Of a stretch of 64,000 bases of DNA, positions 10,005 through 19,527 are shown in pieces. Numbering within the stretch: position 1 is the first letter of the stretch; the number at the start of each line of letters is the position of its first letter. The DNA is from Halobacteriovoraceae bacterium (GTDB lineage Bacteria > Bdellovibrionota > Bacteriovoracia > Bacteriovoracales > Bacteriovoracaceae): contig CAVRCF010000005.1 of assembly GCA_963719505.1 (NCBI GenBank), positions 1,120,001 through 1,184,000 on the forward strand, in the 5' to 3' direction. Under the pieces are notes generated by a model that did not search any database, had not been told where the DNA came from, and saw nothing but the letters and a program-made list of their open reading frames with translations. The position numbers were made by a program, and so were the translations under genes.

Positions 10005-12833
10005 TTGAATAAGAAGGGCTTCAATGCCAATAACTGGTTCCAGGCGGACCCAGATGGCGGCAAATCGAATTCATTCACAAACAAAGACTTAAGTAAGTAC
10101 ATAAGTCCTATAACTGAACCCTCTGCATTTCAGAATAAAGACCTCTACCAAACAGATTCCAATTCAAGCTTAAACAAGTTTTTTACTCCCGGTTGGAAGG
10201 GTGAATCTCTTATTTCAAAAGATGTTAAGAAGTTTCTGTCGGCACTTATCGCAATCCATAAAGATGTCAAAGACGAGATCTACAAACAGCGCCTGAGTAA
10301 TAAAGTTAGAATGGGTATTTTTGATGAGTTTATCTCCTATGCTGATTGCAAAGCCATTCACTTCACAGGAATAGACGACCCTCAAACACTTTGGAGCGAG
10401 ATCCAAAATCAAGACTCAAAATACAAAGCTGAGATCGACAGATTCGTAGAGGTTTACACCTTTAGAATTGCTGTCATATTTATTCTTAAAATAAGGTTCA
10501 TTAGCGTCCTTTTGAAAAAGACAAACCAAGAATTTGATATCAATAAGCTTGTGTACCCCAATTCATTTTTAACCGGTGTTTTTAAACAAGGTGGTTCTAA
10601 AGAATTGAAATCCAAAGCTTTAGAACAAAATATTTTTAGTTGGTATCGTCCAAATGATCATCTAACAGATAAACTGATATCTCTTTACGATATCTGTAAT
10701 ACTTTGAGCATTACTGAGATTATTAAAAATATTTCAATCGAATCTGAAAAGATAATGGATAAGAAAACTCACTACTCTCATGCTTTGTCTCATAAGAATT
10801 TTGGGCTTTTTGTAAACTCTCTTCTTATCAACTTTCCTCTTTGGCTAAATAACTTTAATAATCGATTTAACTCACCGTTCATTTTGCCAAAAGATGGAAT
10901 GGAAGTTATCAGCTGTAAGTTTGATGGTGATTTTTTAGAGTCACTATCTCTGTCTCACTGGCTCGCTCAAGAAAACAATAAAAATATTCAATGGGATCAA
11001 ATCCTTTGTCCCGATTTTAAAAGCACCGGTTTTGAAAATGGCCCTTACATGAGCCTTGTCAATGAGCTGCAGTTCCTCACCTTTTTGGCCCAAATTGCTA
11101 ACAACCAAGGAAGAGAGACAACACAGTTTATCTCAAACGTCGCCTCGGGGCACTTGAGCAATAGGAAAAACTCTAACTCCCTTCAAAGAAATATGCTTTT
11201 TAACGAATTGTCACTTAATCAATCAACTTACGATCGAGTGATTATTAATGTTAGTGATTTTCCGAAAAGGAATATTCAGCATTACCTCATCAATAAAATT
11301 GAATCCCAAGCAGATTGTTTAAAAGAAAACGGTCTCATTTACCTTTTCAGCTCCAAGAGACTTTTTGTTGATAGCCAAAAAGACAAAATTGACTCTCTTT
11401 TAACCAAGTATAAACTAGAAGGTTCTTTTGACTTAGAAGAGCTTAAAGGAAAGGGAGAGGTTGGCTCTCATATTTATATTTTTTCAAAAGCTAAGCATTT
11501 TGAAAGAATGAATAATCATAATTCAAAGCAGTCTTGTTTTAATTTTAGAATGAATGGAAATTTAAACTCTTTTCAGTATTTCAATGTTTTAACGATGCTT
11601 CTTCAAGATTTCTTTTTTGCAAACCTAAATGATATCCCTTCAATGTATCACAAAGAGATGAATGGCTTTGAAATCGAGTTTTTTCAAGATGCCATTGTTG
11701 ATGGTCGACTTATTCATTCATCATCAAAAGATTCGTCAAAAATAACACACCCACTTTTCTTCAACAATTTAATGAAGTCATGTGAAGCCTTCGACTACTT
11801 TTTTGATATTCAAGCATCTAACTTAGAGAACAATAACCATTACAAAGAAGAACCTATTTTTGCGATGACAAATGTCTCTAGAGATAAAGCTCCCTTTGTT
11901 GCTATCGTCGATAACAGGGCAAAAGATAGTTCTGTGAAAGTTGAGATCATTCACTCCAGTGGACTAGAAGCAAAAGCCTATGAATACGGACACAGTATGT
12001 GTCACTATTTTGATATCACTCCAAAGTGGCCACATATGGATTTAAATGCCATTAGAGATTTTATCGAAAGTGCTATTGGAGCACAAATTGTTGATCTTAC
12101 TTTTAACAATGAAGCTCGTAAGGCAAAAGCAAACTTGTCGAAACTTCTTATTCCAAAGGTTTTCAGCACATCTGATAAAATACCAGAGCATATAGAACAA
12201 GGGGTTAAACTTCTCTGTTCAAGTGCTGAAGAAATACTAAACCTTCATCCATCAAATATTGAAAAGCAATTTACATTTATTGAAAGAATGATTGGAGATC
12301 TGGCCAAAACTTATCCAATGGATACTATCTCTAAGCTTTCACATTTTAAAAGAAGTATCTCCCAGTGTATTGATGTACTCGGAATAAAAAAGAAAAGAAG
12401 TGTCGTCAACTTTAATAATCCAATTATAAGAACACCTCTTCTTCTATCTAAAACATCACCTCTTTATCCTTCAAATAAAGATGTTTATTTTGAATTCAAT
12501 TCAGATGTAAGGGCGACGATTTCAAAAGTAGTTCAAAAGTCAGTAGAAGAAGATGGATTCACTAGAGAGATTCTCGAGCTACACAGTGAAGAAGAACTCA
12601 TCCTCACGATTGATTCGGGAGTAGAGATGATTCAGTTTTTAAGTTTTATCTTTGAATCTTGTAAAGGTGCTCAGGTATCTAATATTCTCCAATCCATTGA
12701 GATCCCAAGTTTAACCGACCTCCAAAGTATAATTAAGTCTTTTGAGTCAATGAAGCGCACGCTTGTTAGCATTGTTGACAAGACCACACCACTACTTGAA
12801 AGAACTCTTACCCAAACGATCACAAGAAAATAA
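10005..12833 (+). CDS. Large protein with a degenerate N6-adenine DNA methyltransferase (type IIG/Eco57I/TaqI-like) architecture
   Basis: Eroded motifs in canonical order: VISCKFDGDFL (motif I), YDRVIINVSDF (FDxVIGNPPY), LKENGLIYLF, SHIYIFSK, TaqI_C-like DFIES...NLSKLLIP. Confidence 0.6.
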   Translation: MNKKGFNANNWFQADPDGGKSNSFTNKDLSKYISPITEPSAFQNKDLYQTDSNSSLNKFFTPGWKGESLISKDVKKFLSALIAIHKDVKDEIYKQRLSNKVRMGIFDEFISYADCKAIHFTGIDDPQTLWSEIQNQDSKYKAEIDRFVEVYTFRIAVIFILKIRFISVLLKKTNQEFDINKLVYPNSFLTGVFKQGGSKELKSKALEQNIFSWYRPNDHLTDKLISLYDICNTLSITEIIKNISIESEKIMDKKTHYSHALSHKNFGLFVNSLLINFPLWLNNFNNRFNSPFILPKDGMEVISCKFDGDFLESLSLSHWLAQENNKNIQWDQILCPDFKSTGFENGPYMSLVNELQFLTFLAQIANNQGRETTQFISNVASGHLSNRKNSNSLQRNMLFNELSLNQSTYDRVIINVSDFPKRNIQHYLINKIESQADCLKENGLIYLFSSKRLFVDSQKDKIDSLLTKYKLEGSFDLEELKGKGEVGSHIYIFSKAKHFERMNNHNSKQSCFNFRMNGNLNSFQYFNVLTMLLQDFFFANLNDIPSMYHKEMNGFEIEFFQDAIVDGRLIHSSSKDSSKITHPLFFNNLMKSCEAFDYFFDIQASNLENNNHYKEEPIFAMTNVSRDKAPFVAIVDNRAKDSSVKVEIIHSSGLEAKAYEYGHSMCHYFDITPKWPHMDLNAIRDFIESAIGAQIVDLTFNNEARKAKANLSKLLIPKVFSTSDKIPEHIEQGVKLLCSSAEEILNLHPSNIEKQFTFIERMIGDLAKTYPMDTISKLSHFKRSISQCIDVLGIKKKRSVVNFNNPIIRTPLLLSKTSPLYPSNKDVYFEFNSDVRATISKVVQKSVEEDGFTREILELHSEEELILTIDSGVEMIQFLSFIFESCKGAQVSNILQSIEIPSLTDLQSIIKSFESMKRTLVSIVDKTTPLLERTLTQTITRK

Positions 12834-12884
12834 AATTCCCCTATTTTTCACATTTCTATTAGAATAAAACTGAGGTTCTACAAC

Positions 12885-14489
12885 GTGAAAAATGAAATTC
12901 TCGAACTGAGAAGAAGAATTTTTAAATACTTAAAACATAAAGCTTTAAGCTTTGAAGGCGAAGTCTCGCACGAGATGGTAATGTATCGCTTTGATCAAAC
13001 TCGTTACGCAAAAAGACCATTTGAAGAGACTACGATTGATGAGCTCAAGGCAAAAGTTTCTGCTGCAGATACTATCTATCTTGGTGACTTTCACACCTTT
13101 GACCAAAATATTCGAAATGTTCTTAGAATCATCAAAGTTATTTTAAAGTCTGAAGGTAAATGTGTTCTGGCCCTTGAAATGGTAAGTGCAGACTTTCAGT
13201 TTTATATTGATACTTATATGCAAGGTCATATCACAGACTTGGAGTTTTTAGAGTCTATCGACTACAACGAGTCTTGGCGCTTTCCATGGAGTCATTACAA
13301 GCTGATCTTTGAATTAGCCAAAGAAAACAATATTAAGATTATTGGTCTCAATACACAAGGTAGTCTGAAGCAAAGAGATCAATTTGCAGCAAAGCTAATT
13401 GATATGTCTCTCAAGAAAGATAAGGACACGAAAGTTCTCGTCCTCTATGGAGAACTGCATCTCACTCCCAATAAAATTCCAATGATGGTTTCTGGAAAAA
13501 ATAAAGACATAAAATCAGTTATTATTCACCAGAACCTAGACGAGGTTTATTGGAAGCAAGTCGAGTTGAATCAAGAAAGTAAAGTGGTAAAGTTTGATGA
13601 ATCAGAGTATTGCATCAACTCCGCTCCCCCGTGGATAAAGTACGAAAGTATGATCTATTGGTATGAGAATGTTTCCTCTGATCCTGACTTTGATATCCAT
13701 GAATATATTATTGAAAATGGTAAAAAAATTTTTGGCGATGACACCCATGAAAACTTTTTTCTTATTTGCCAAGAAATGATTAGTGCCATCCATATAGACT
13801 TTGACTCTGATGATCTAGAAGACTTTAATCTTCATGACCATACCAGCTTGGAGTATGTTGAAGACAAAGTTATCTCTCTGAAGTCGAAGGTGCTTGTCCA
13901 GTTTTACAACTATCTGTTTGAAACAGGCCAATCTTTTAAGCTACCTGATCAAACCACATTCTATTGCTCTAGCTATTCAATGAACAGGATCTCTTATCTT
14001 GCTGGAATTCACATCTTTCACTATTTTTTTCAAAAGAAAAATTCTCCCGTTAAAAATATTCTCAAAGACGGCTCGAACTCCGATCAATTTCTTCTTTTTT
14101 GCCTTGAAGGTCTTTTTGGTTTCTTCTTTTCAAAAGTTATTAATCCTCACAGGAAATGTGAGATGTATCTTGATCTAAGACAAAAGGTCTCGGTTGGCGA
14201 AGAAGTTTCAAGCAAGAATCTTTCTCATATTGCCGCCGATATTCTCGACGGAGAGAGTTTAAAGACAGCTCTCGAGAGCCTAAACTTAAGCCGTATCCAC
14301 GAAGTTTCACTTCACGTTGGGCATATCCTTGGTGAGTACCTATATGAAAACATCTTTAATCAAAAGAAAAGTGTCGATTTAGAAAACGACTTTCTGAATA
14401 CGAATCTTTGTGAGTTTCAATTCTCCAAGATGAAATCTATTCTTCTTAAAGATATTCCATATCAAGAGCACCAAAAAAGGTATTTCTAG
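12885..14489 (+). CDS. ChaN/EreA/Tiki-superfamily protein with C-terminal extension
   Basis: IYLGDFHT, LALEMV, W...WSHYKLIF, RDQFAA, LYGELH; no signal peptide seen. Confidence 0.7.
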   Translation: MKNEILELRRRIFKYLKHKALSFEGEVSHEMVMYRFDQTRYAKRPFEETTIDELKAKVSAADTIYLGDFHTFDQNIRNVLRIIKVILKSEGKCVLALEMVSADFQFYIDTYMQGHITDLEFLESIDYNESWRFPWSHYKLIFELAKENNIKIIGLNTQGSLKQRDQFAAKLIDMSLKKDKDTKVLVLYGELHLTPNKIPMMVSGKNKDIKSVIIHQNLDEVYWKQVELNQESKVVKFDESEYCINSAPPWIKYESMIYWYENVSSDPDFDIHEYIIENGKKIFGDDTHENFFLICQEMISAIHIDFDSDDLEDFNLHDHTSLEYVEDKVISLKSKVLVQFYNYLFETGQSFKLPDQTTFYCSSYSMNRISYLAGIHIFHYFFQKKNSPVKNILKDGSNSDQFLLFCLEGLFGFFFSKVINPHRKCEMYLDLRQKVSVGEEVSSKNLSHIAADILDGESLKTALESLNLSRIHEVSLHVGHILGEYLYENIFNQKKSVDLENDFLNTNLCEFQFSKMKSILLKDIPYQEHQKRYF

Positions 14490-14926
14490 TGAAAATTCTC
14501 ATTCAAAGAGTTTTAAAATGTGACGTTACTATTGATAAACAATTGTATTCCTCAATAGACAAAGGATTACTCCTCTATATCTGCTTTGAGAGTGAAGACA
14601 AAATCGAGGTAATCGATAAAGCCATCAATAAAATTCTGGCCCTTCGGATTTTTGAAGATGACGAGGGAAAAATGAATCAAAATATTATTCAAAAAGACTT
14701 TTCTCTTATGTCTGTAAGCCAATTCACTCTCAGCTGGAATGGCCAAAAGGGAAATAGACCAAGTTTTGAAAATTCTATGAAACCTGATGATGCCTCAAAA
14801 TTTTATGAGCTTTTCAATAATAAGTTACAAGAGAAATTTGGTAATATGGAATCGGGTGTCTTTGGAGCCGACATGAAAGTAAGCTCCATTAACGATGGAC
14901 CGGTGACATTTTTTCTTTCGTTTTAA
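14489..14926 (+). CDS. dtd: D-aminoacyl-tRNA deacylase
   Basis: IQRV, SQFTL, KGNRPSF, GVFGADM, NDGPVT. Confidence 0.95.
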   Translation: MKILIQRVLKCDVTIDKQLYSSIDKGLLLYICFESEDKIEVIDKAINKILALRIFEDDEGKMNQNIIQKDFSLMSVSQFTLSWNGQKGNRPSFENSMKPDDASKFYELFNNKLQEKFGNMESGVFGADMKVSSINDGPVTFFLSF

Positions 14927-16296
14927 AGTCCTGCATTTAAAGATCTGAGGATATCCTTTTTTGATCCCTTGACTACTTTTGACACAACCTTTTGATTCTT
15001 CACGACTTCAAAAAGAACTTCAATTTCAGATTCAATTTTATCCGAATCCAAATTCATTTTATTTGTGAGCTTTATACTTGCCGAAAGATCTTTTAACATC
15101 TCACTAACCAGTTGAAGATTTAAGTCGACCTCACTTTCGCTGGAGTCCCCTGAATTGATAAAATTTAACTCCTCAGCTGAGAAGTAATAATTCTTCATTT
15201 TTATTTTCAAATAAGCCGTCTCACCCAAGGCTTTTGTTTTTAGCCCGATAGCTTCAACACTTTCTCTGCTAGCAGCATAATTGAGAAGGTTGCATAAAGC
15301 TTGCTCAACAATCTCTGATTCGCCCCTTACAAAGAAGTCATCTTCTAGAGCTGTTTCTAACATAATCCCTCTTGAGAAGGCTTTCTGAGAAAGCCCATCA
15401 ATCGCAAGCGTCATTGCATTTTGATAATCTGTTGACGCTCTATAATCTTCAACGGGCTCACTATGGATAGGTGTCGTTGAATCCACATCAACACCGTCGT
15501 TGGACTCAAACTCCCTATAGGCTTTTTCAAGAAGATCGGAATGATAGCGATTAAACAAGGCATAGGTTTTTGGCATCTCTATTCTCGATAGGATGTTATC
15601 TAATGCTCTTTCAATATTGGCCGAAAGAAACTCGCTATTTGATGCCATAATTCTATCGGACTCTTCTTCGATTTTTCTAAAAAGACTCTTATTTTTAAAA
15701 CGGTTATAAAAACTCAGTCCCACCATGAGGAAAGCCACGATAACTCCGGCCATTGAAGCTCCAAACATCATCGTCGATGTCGATTTTTTTGATTCTACTC
15801 TACTCGCAATCTTTCCTTGTACTGATTCTTTTAAAGATTCTAATGATGAATATTTATTAATGATATTGGAACTACTCAAGTCTAAATCAGATCCCGAAGA
15901 TAATTTAAGAAGCTTGGTCGCTTTTTCATGAAACCAGTGGATGTCACTGTTTATCGCTGCTAAAGATCTTTTGCCATCAACAAAACTCGAGCCATAAACT
16001 GATCCAAACTGTTTCGATGCATAGTTAAAACAATCTGATGTTGTTGCCATAAAATCTTTTTGTAAATAACTAGAAGATAAGTCTTTTATCATCAATGCCG
16101 TAAAGGTTTGAGAAACTCTTTGAAAACAAGTTCCAATTCCGCTTGATAAGGACATCTGTTTCACAGCACTTTGACTTGCTAAATTTCCAGAGACGACAAG
16201 AGAGACCGTAGCTATGACGACCGCGCCCAGCATAATTTGAGCACCTTTTAGGTGAGACTTCAGATTCTTCATAAACCCTTCTTTTTTAAAATCCAT
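14923..16296 (-). CDS. Membrane sensor-like protein with degenerate HATPase domain (pseudo histidine kinase)
   Basis: Two TM segments flanking a helical periplasmic domain; VRGESEIVEQALCNLLNYA is N-box-like; no H-box and no G1/G2 glycines. Confidence 0.55.
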   Translation of the reverse strand: MDFKKEGFMKNLKSHLKGAQIMLGAVVIATVSLVVSGNLASQSAVKQMSLSSGIGTCFQRVSQTFTALMIKDLSSSYLQKDFMATTSDCFNYASKQFGSVYGSSFVDGKRSLAAINSDIHWFHEKATKLLKLSSGSDLDLSSSNIINKYSSLESLKESVQGKIASRVESKKSTSTMMFGASMAGVIVAFLMVGLSFYNRFKNKSLFRKIEEESDRIMASNSEFLSANIERALDNILSRIEMPKTYALFNRYHSDLLEKAYREFESNDGVDVDSTTPIHSEPVEDYRASTDYQNAMTLAIDGLSQKAFSRGIMLETALEDDFFVRGESEIVEQALCNLLNYAASRESVEAIGLKTKALGETAYLKIKMKNYYFSAEELNFINSGDSSESEVDLNLQLVSEMLKDLSASIKLTNKMNLDSDKIESEIEVLFEVVKNQKVVSKVVKGSKKDILRSLNAGL

Positions 16297-16489
16297 TTTA
16301 AGAATGCCCCTCGTTTAAGAAACGTTTAGACATGGTGTAATTGTCGCAATATCCGGCTTTATTCGTCAAGCTAGGCAATTAATACTTTCGTGATTTTAAC
16401 AACTTAGCGGTAAAAAAGAAGATATTACAATGTGCGTCATTAGGACTATTCATTCATATATTAAAGACTTATAATAAAGGTGGAGAATA

Positions 16490-17308
16490 ATGAAAAAAAA
16501 TAGAAAGTACTTTCCCCTATTTATCCTTACCTCTTTGGCCATCCACTTGATGATCTTGGGCTTTTTTGAGTTAGAAATTAAAGACTCAAAAACATCCTCC
16601 GTTTTGAAAATTAGATCTATTCGACAAGTTGGAGAAGATGAAGGCGCTGATAAAAATCTCGTTTATCTACCACCGAAGATAAAAAGTAAAAAAGAGAAAC
16701 CTCAAAAAAGGAAACTTCAGACAAAGCAGTTGGCTCCTGACTTTGATCCCCTCTTAGCTAAAAGTAGAAAAGAGAGAGGACAAAAATCATCCAAAACAAG
16801 TGCTGTGAAAAGAGATAAAGCTATCAAATCAGTCTCTTTAGATAATTCAACTGTGAGCGCTTTTTTAAGGGGCACTCCTAATGCAAACAGTGCAAAAGAA
16901 TACCTTGAAGCCTTTGACAAAACTGAGTCTCTGGTCGCTCTTGAGGTTCCAAAGGGTATTAAGGAAAGTGAACTTAACAAACACGAGTTGGTTTTCTATA
17001 TGTTTCAAAAAAGGACAGCACAAACTTATATTAATTCGTTCTATAACAAGCTCAATGAGTTTAAACTAAAGAACCCACACCTTCGTTTTCCACTAACAGA
17101 GAAAAAAGAAAAAATGACTGGTCGAGTGGTCTATGACAAAGATGGAAACATCGTTCGAATCAATATGCTTGAATGGACAAATAAGGAGAAACTTCAAGAC
17201 TTCTTTTTAGATGTACTCCAAGAGATGTATTCTCTTCCGAACCCACCAAAGATGATCATCAAAGACGGACAGTTTACAGTTTTCTTTTCACTTACAGTAA
17301 ACAGTTAA
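16490..17308 (+). CDS. TonB/TolA-like energy transducer
   Basis: N-terminal TM with SxxxH (TSLAIH), Lys-rich linker, TonB_C-like end (LPNPPK). Confidence 0.65.
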   Translation: MKKNRKYFPLFILTSLAIHLMILGFFELEIKDSKTSSVLKIRSIRQVGEDEGADKNLVYLPPKIKSKKEKPQKRKLQTKQLAPDFDPLLAKSRKERGQKSSKTSAVKRDKAIKSVSLDNSTVSAFLRGTPNANSAKEYLEAFDKTESLVALEVPKGIKESELNKHELVFYMFQKRTAQTYINSFYNKLNEFKLKNPHLRFPLTEKKEKMTGRVVYDKDGNIVRINMLEWTNKEKLQDFFLDVLQEMYSLPNPPKMIIKDGQFTVFFSLTVNS

Positions 17309-17313
17309 GTTTT

Positions 17314-17625
17314 TTAGAATTCAATAACAGTCTTTGTTAAAAACGCATATGTCTTTTGAGCCAGCGTCTTAGGTTTTTCAACCAAAAGAGATTCATTTAT
17401 ATCTTTAATTTCTTCCTCTAAAAGATAGCGCGCTTTCTTTGAGAGTTTCTCATCAGGAACCAGATCTAAGAAAAATTCATGGATTGACTTTTTTTCATTA
17501 AAGACTTTTAAAGCGGCTTCATCAGAAGCCAGAGCAGATTCAAACTCTTTGCGCTCTTTTACATCCATTCTCTGATCAAGATACGAGTTGATCATGGCAC
17601 TTGAAATAAGCTTAGTGTGTTGCAC
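17314..17625 (-). CDS. Putative anti-sigma factor (soluble)
   Basis: GTG start with GGAGG RBS; INSYLDQRM...FESAL resembles an anti-sigma domain without the Zn ligands; follows an ECF-like gene. Confidence 0.55.
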   Translation of the reverse strand: MQHTKLISSAMINSYLDQRMDVKERKEFESALASDEAALKVFNEKKSIHEFFLDLVPDEKLSKKARYLLEEEIKDINESLLVEKPKTLAQKTYAFLTKTVIEF

Positions 17626-18097
17626 TGTGACCTCCGCTAACTTCCAATCCCACCATAATTTCTTTTGAATTATAAAGTGCTTGAATAATTTGATATTTTT
17701 CAAGTCCAACGACTTCTGTTATTTCTTTGGGTGTAAACTTTAGTCTTTCTTTTAAAACTGTTACAGCTCGTTGAGAAAGGCTTAAGGAATAAAAGCTTTG
17801 AAACTCGTCTTCTACGGCCAAAAGGTAAGGTTTTATCTCGTAACTTCGTTTGCCCGCAAGTTTATAGATCTCACACAAAACACCGTGAAGTAAAAATCTC
17901 TTTATAATCGACTGAGTCTTTCTCACTTTCGTGAATTCAGTCTCTTTAATAAAATCTATTTCTCTGGCCACAAAAACAGAATAGGAATCAGCAATTAACT
18001 GTCTCGCTTTTTGGGAGTCAGGACAGATTCCATAGGCAAACTTAAAGAGCTTTGGCATTAGTGGAGTAAACAATATTTCTAATTGATCTATCTTCAT
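17612..18097 (-). CDS. Divergent ECF-type RNA polymerase sigma factor
   Basis: Region 2-like LFKFAYGIC...ARQLIADSY; region 4-like SLSLSQRAVTVL...FTPKEITEVVG. Confidence 0.6.
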   Translation of the reverse strand: MKIDQLEILFTPLMPKLFKFAYGICPDSQKARQLIADSYSVFVAREIDFIKETEFTKVRKTQSIIKRFLLHGVLCEIYKLAGKRSYEIKPYLLAVEDEFQSFYSLSLSQRAVTVLKERLKFTPKEITEVVGLEKYQIIQALYNSKEIMVGLEVSGGHSATH

Positions 18098-18193
18098 TCC
18101 TTAATAGTAGAAAATTGTCACTCCTTTAGCAATGCAAAACGGCACGTAAAAACAGGCAGTTACATATAGGTGACAGATTTTATCTAAATTCTT

Positions 18194-18220
18194 TAAAGAA
18201 AATTAAGCCTATGCCGATAG
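18194..18220 (+). promoter_or_regulatory. sigma28 (FliA) promoter
   Basis: TAAA-N15-GCCGATAG, a near-perfect consensus, 30 bp upstream of ATG 18251. Confidence 0.8.
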
Positions 18221-18250
18221 GAAACTGTGAAAACTAAAACAAGGTTTATT

Positions 18251-19081
18251 ATGAAGAACTTATTCCTTTTATTTGTTACGACAGCGATGCTGAGTTCATG
18301 TCTACCCGAACCGACCCAATCCTCTTCAGGATCTGGATCATCTACAGGTGAGAACGGAACAGTATCTGGCACAAATGGTAGCAGCGGAACAAATGGCTCA
18401 ACAGGAACAACTGGCACAACTGGAACCACAGGAACGACCGGTACAAATGGATCAACGGGCACTACGGGAACGACAGGAACATCTGGTGGTGGTTTTCCAA
18501 TTAATAGCTTCAATATTTTCTTGGCCGGAACACAAGGTGGAAATGGACAAGGCGGTGGAAACTGGTATGCACGAAATGATAATACCGCTCCACTAATGGA
18601 TACATTTATTAACCTTCAAGAGGCTGCGATTGCTTTTAGAACAGATGGGACCTTAAGAGTAAGACTTAAAGTTAACTCTCAGCCTGTGGCGCCTACCAAT
18701 GAGACATATTGTTATGGCCGTGAAACAGGAACGGCGCTCATTCCATATTATACAAAATTAAAGTTTGATTTAGCACTAAGAGATATTTACTGCTTAAACG
18801 GTGGGACAACTTGTCCTGCAAGTCAGTACAGACTTGGTAATCCATACAGAAGACAACTTGGCGTGGGCCCAGTGTCTGTTGGTAGCTACTCAGAAATCAT
18901 CGATGTTGGAAGTGTCGCCAATCAAAATGTGGTTGCTACAACTGTTGAAATTTCTGCTGTGAAAAGTGATCAGTTCTGTGCATCTAATGGAAGCTTTTGT
19001 CCTTCAGAGAGACCTGTGAGAACAAAAGATTGTTACAATATGGAATTGGAAGTTCAAACAAGTTACACAGAATCTTTCTAG
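18251..19081 (+). CDS. Lipoprotein with a Gly-X-X (GTT/GTN/GST) repeat stalk and Cys-rich beta C-terminal domain
   Basis: Lipobox LSSC; about 13 tandem G-X-X triplets; six C-terminal Cys. Confidence 0.8.
   Translation: MKNLFLLFVTTAMLSSCLPEPTQSSSGSGSSTGENGTVSGTNGSSGTNGSTGTTGTTGTTGTTGTNGSTGTTGTTGTSGGGFPINSFNIFLAGTQGGNGQGGGNWYARNDNTAPLMDTFINLQEAAIAFRTDGTLRVRLKVNSQPVAPTNETYCYGRETGTALIPYYTKLKFDLALRDIYCLNGGTTCPASQYRLGNPYRRQLGVGPVSVGSYSEIIDVGSVANQNVVATTVEISAVKSDQFCASNGSFCPSERPVRTKDCYNMELEVQTSYTESF
18367..18486 (+). repeat. Degenerate 9-bp coding tandem repeat (GGN-ACN-ACN) encoding GTT/GTN/GST
   Basis: ggcacaaat ggtagcagc ggaacaaat ggctcaaca ggaacaact ggcacaact ggaaccaca ggaacgacc ... Confidence 0.8.
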
Positions 19082-19527
19082 TCTTTAGGAAGGTCTTTAA
19101 CTGAACTCCACACAGAAGTTCGACCAAAAAGAGATATACCGACATAGCCGCGAAGATTTAACTTTCCGTCTTCAAGTTTCATTTTGGCGGAATAAGTCTT
19201 TCCACTTTTGGGATCATAGATTGTTCCCCCACTCCAAGAACCATCATCATATTCAAAGCCATCAAGAAGTTTAATCCCTAGTAGTTTTCTTTCTTTGAGT
19301 TTATCATCAGGGTTGTCTTTATCTGTGAGCTGATCAACTGTTTTACCTTCGGGTGGCTTTATCCAAACGAGATGGCCAAAGTAGTTATCACTTTCTTTCT
19401 CAATTTTTATAATTCCATCTTTTTCTTCAGATAACCAAAAACCCAAGATCTCACCGGCCCCAGAAGCTTGACTGAAGCTACTGGAAAGAATGAGCGTAAA
19501 TATCAGCCATGTTTTTGTTAAGTGCAT
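19078..19527 (-). CDS. DUF2147 domain exported protein
   Basis: GGTIYDPKSGKTY, LRGYVGISLFGRTSVW, DKDNPD; start moved to the ATG after a GGAGG RBS. Confidence 0.88.
   Translation of the reverse strand: MHLTKTWLIFTLILSSSFSQASGAGEILGFWLSEEKDGIIKIEKESDNYFGHLVWIKPPEGKTVDQLTDKDNPDDKLKERKLLGIKLLDGFEYDDGSWSGGTIYDPKSGKTYSAKMKLEDGKLNLRGYVGISLFGRTSVWSSVKDLPKD

Noticed and set aside
10005-12833. Active restriction-modification or BREX defence locus
   Set aside because: Catalytic motifs are absent and there are no partner defence genes or mobile context
18139-18160. sigma54 promoter at CGGCACG
   Set aside because: No GC at the -12 position
18367-18486. Possible CRISPR or non-coding repeat array
   Set aside because: In-frame 9-bp coding repeat with no spacers and no cas genes
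18193-18513. Antisense ORF with PVV repeats
   Set aside because: Shadow of the Gly-Thr-Thr repeat on the opposite strand
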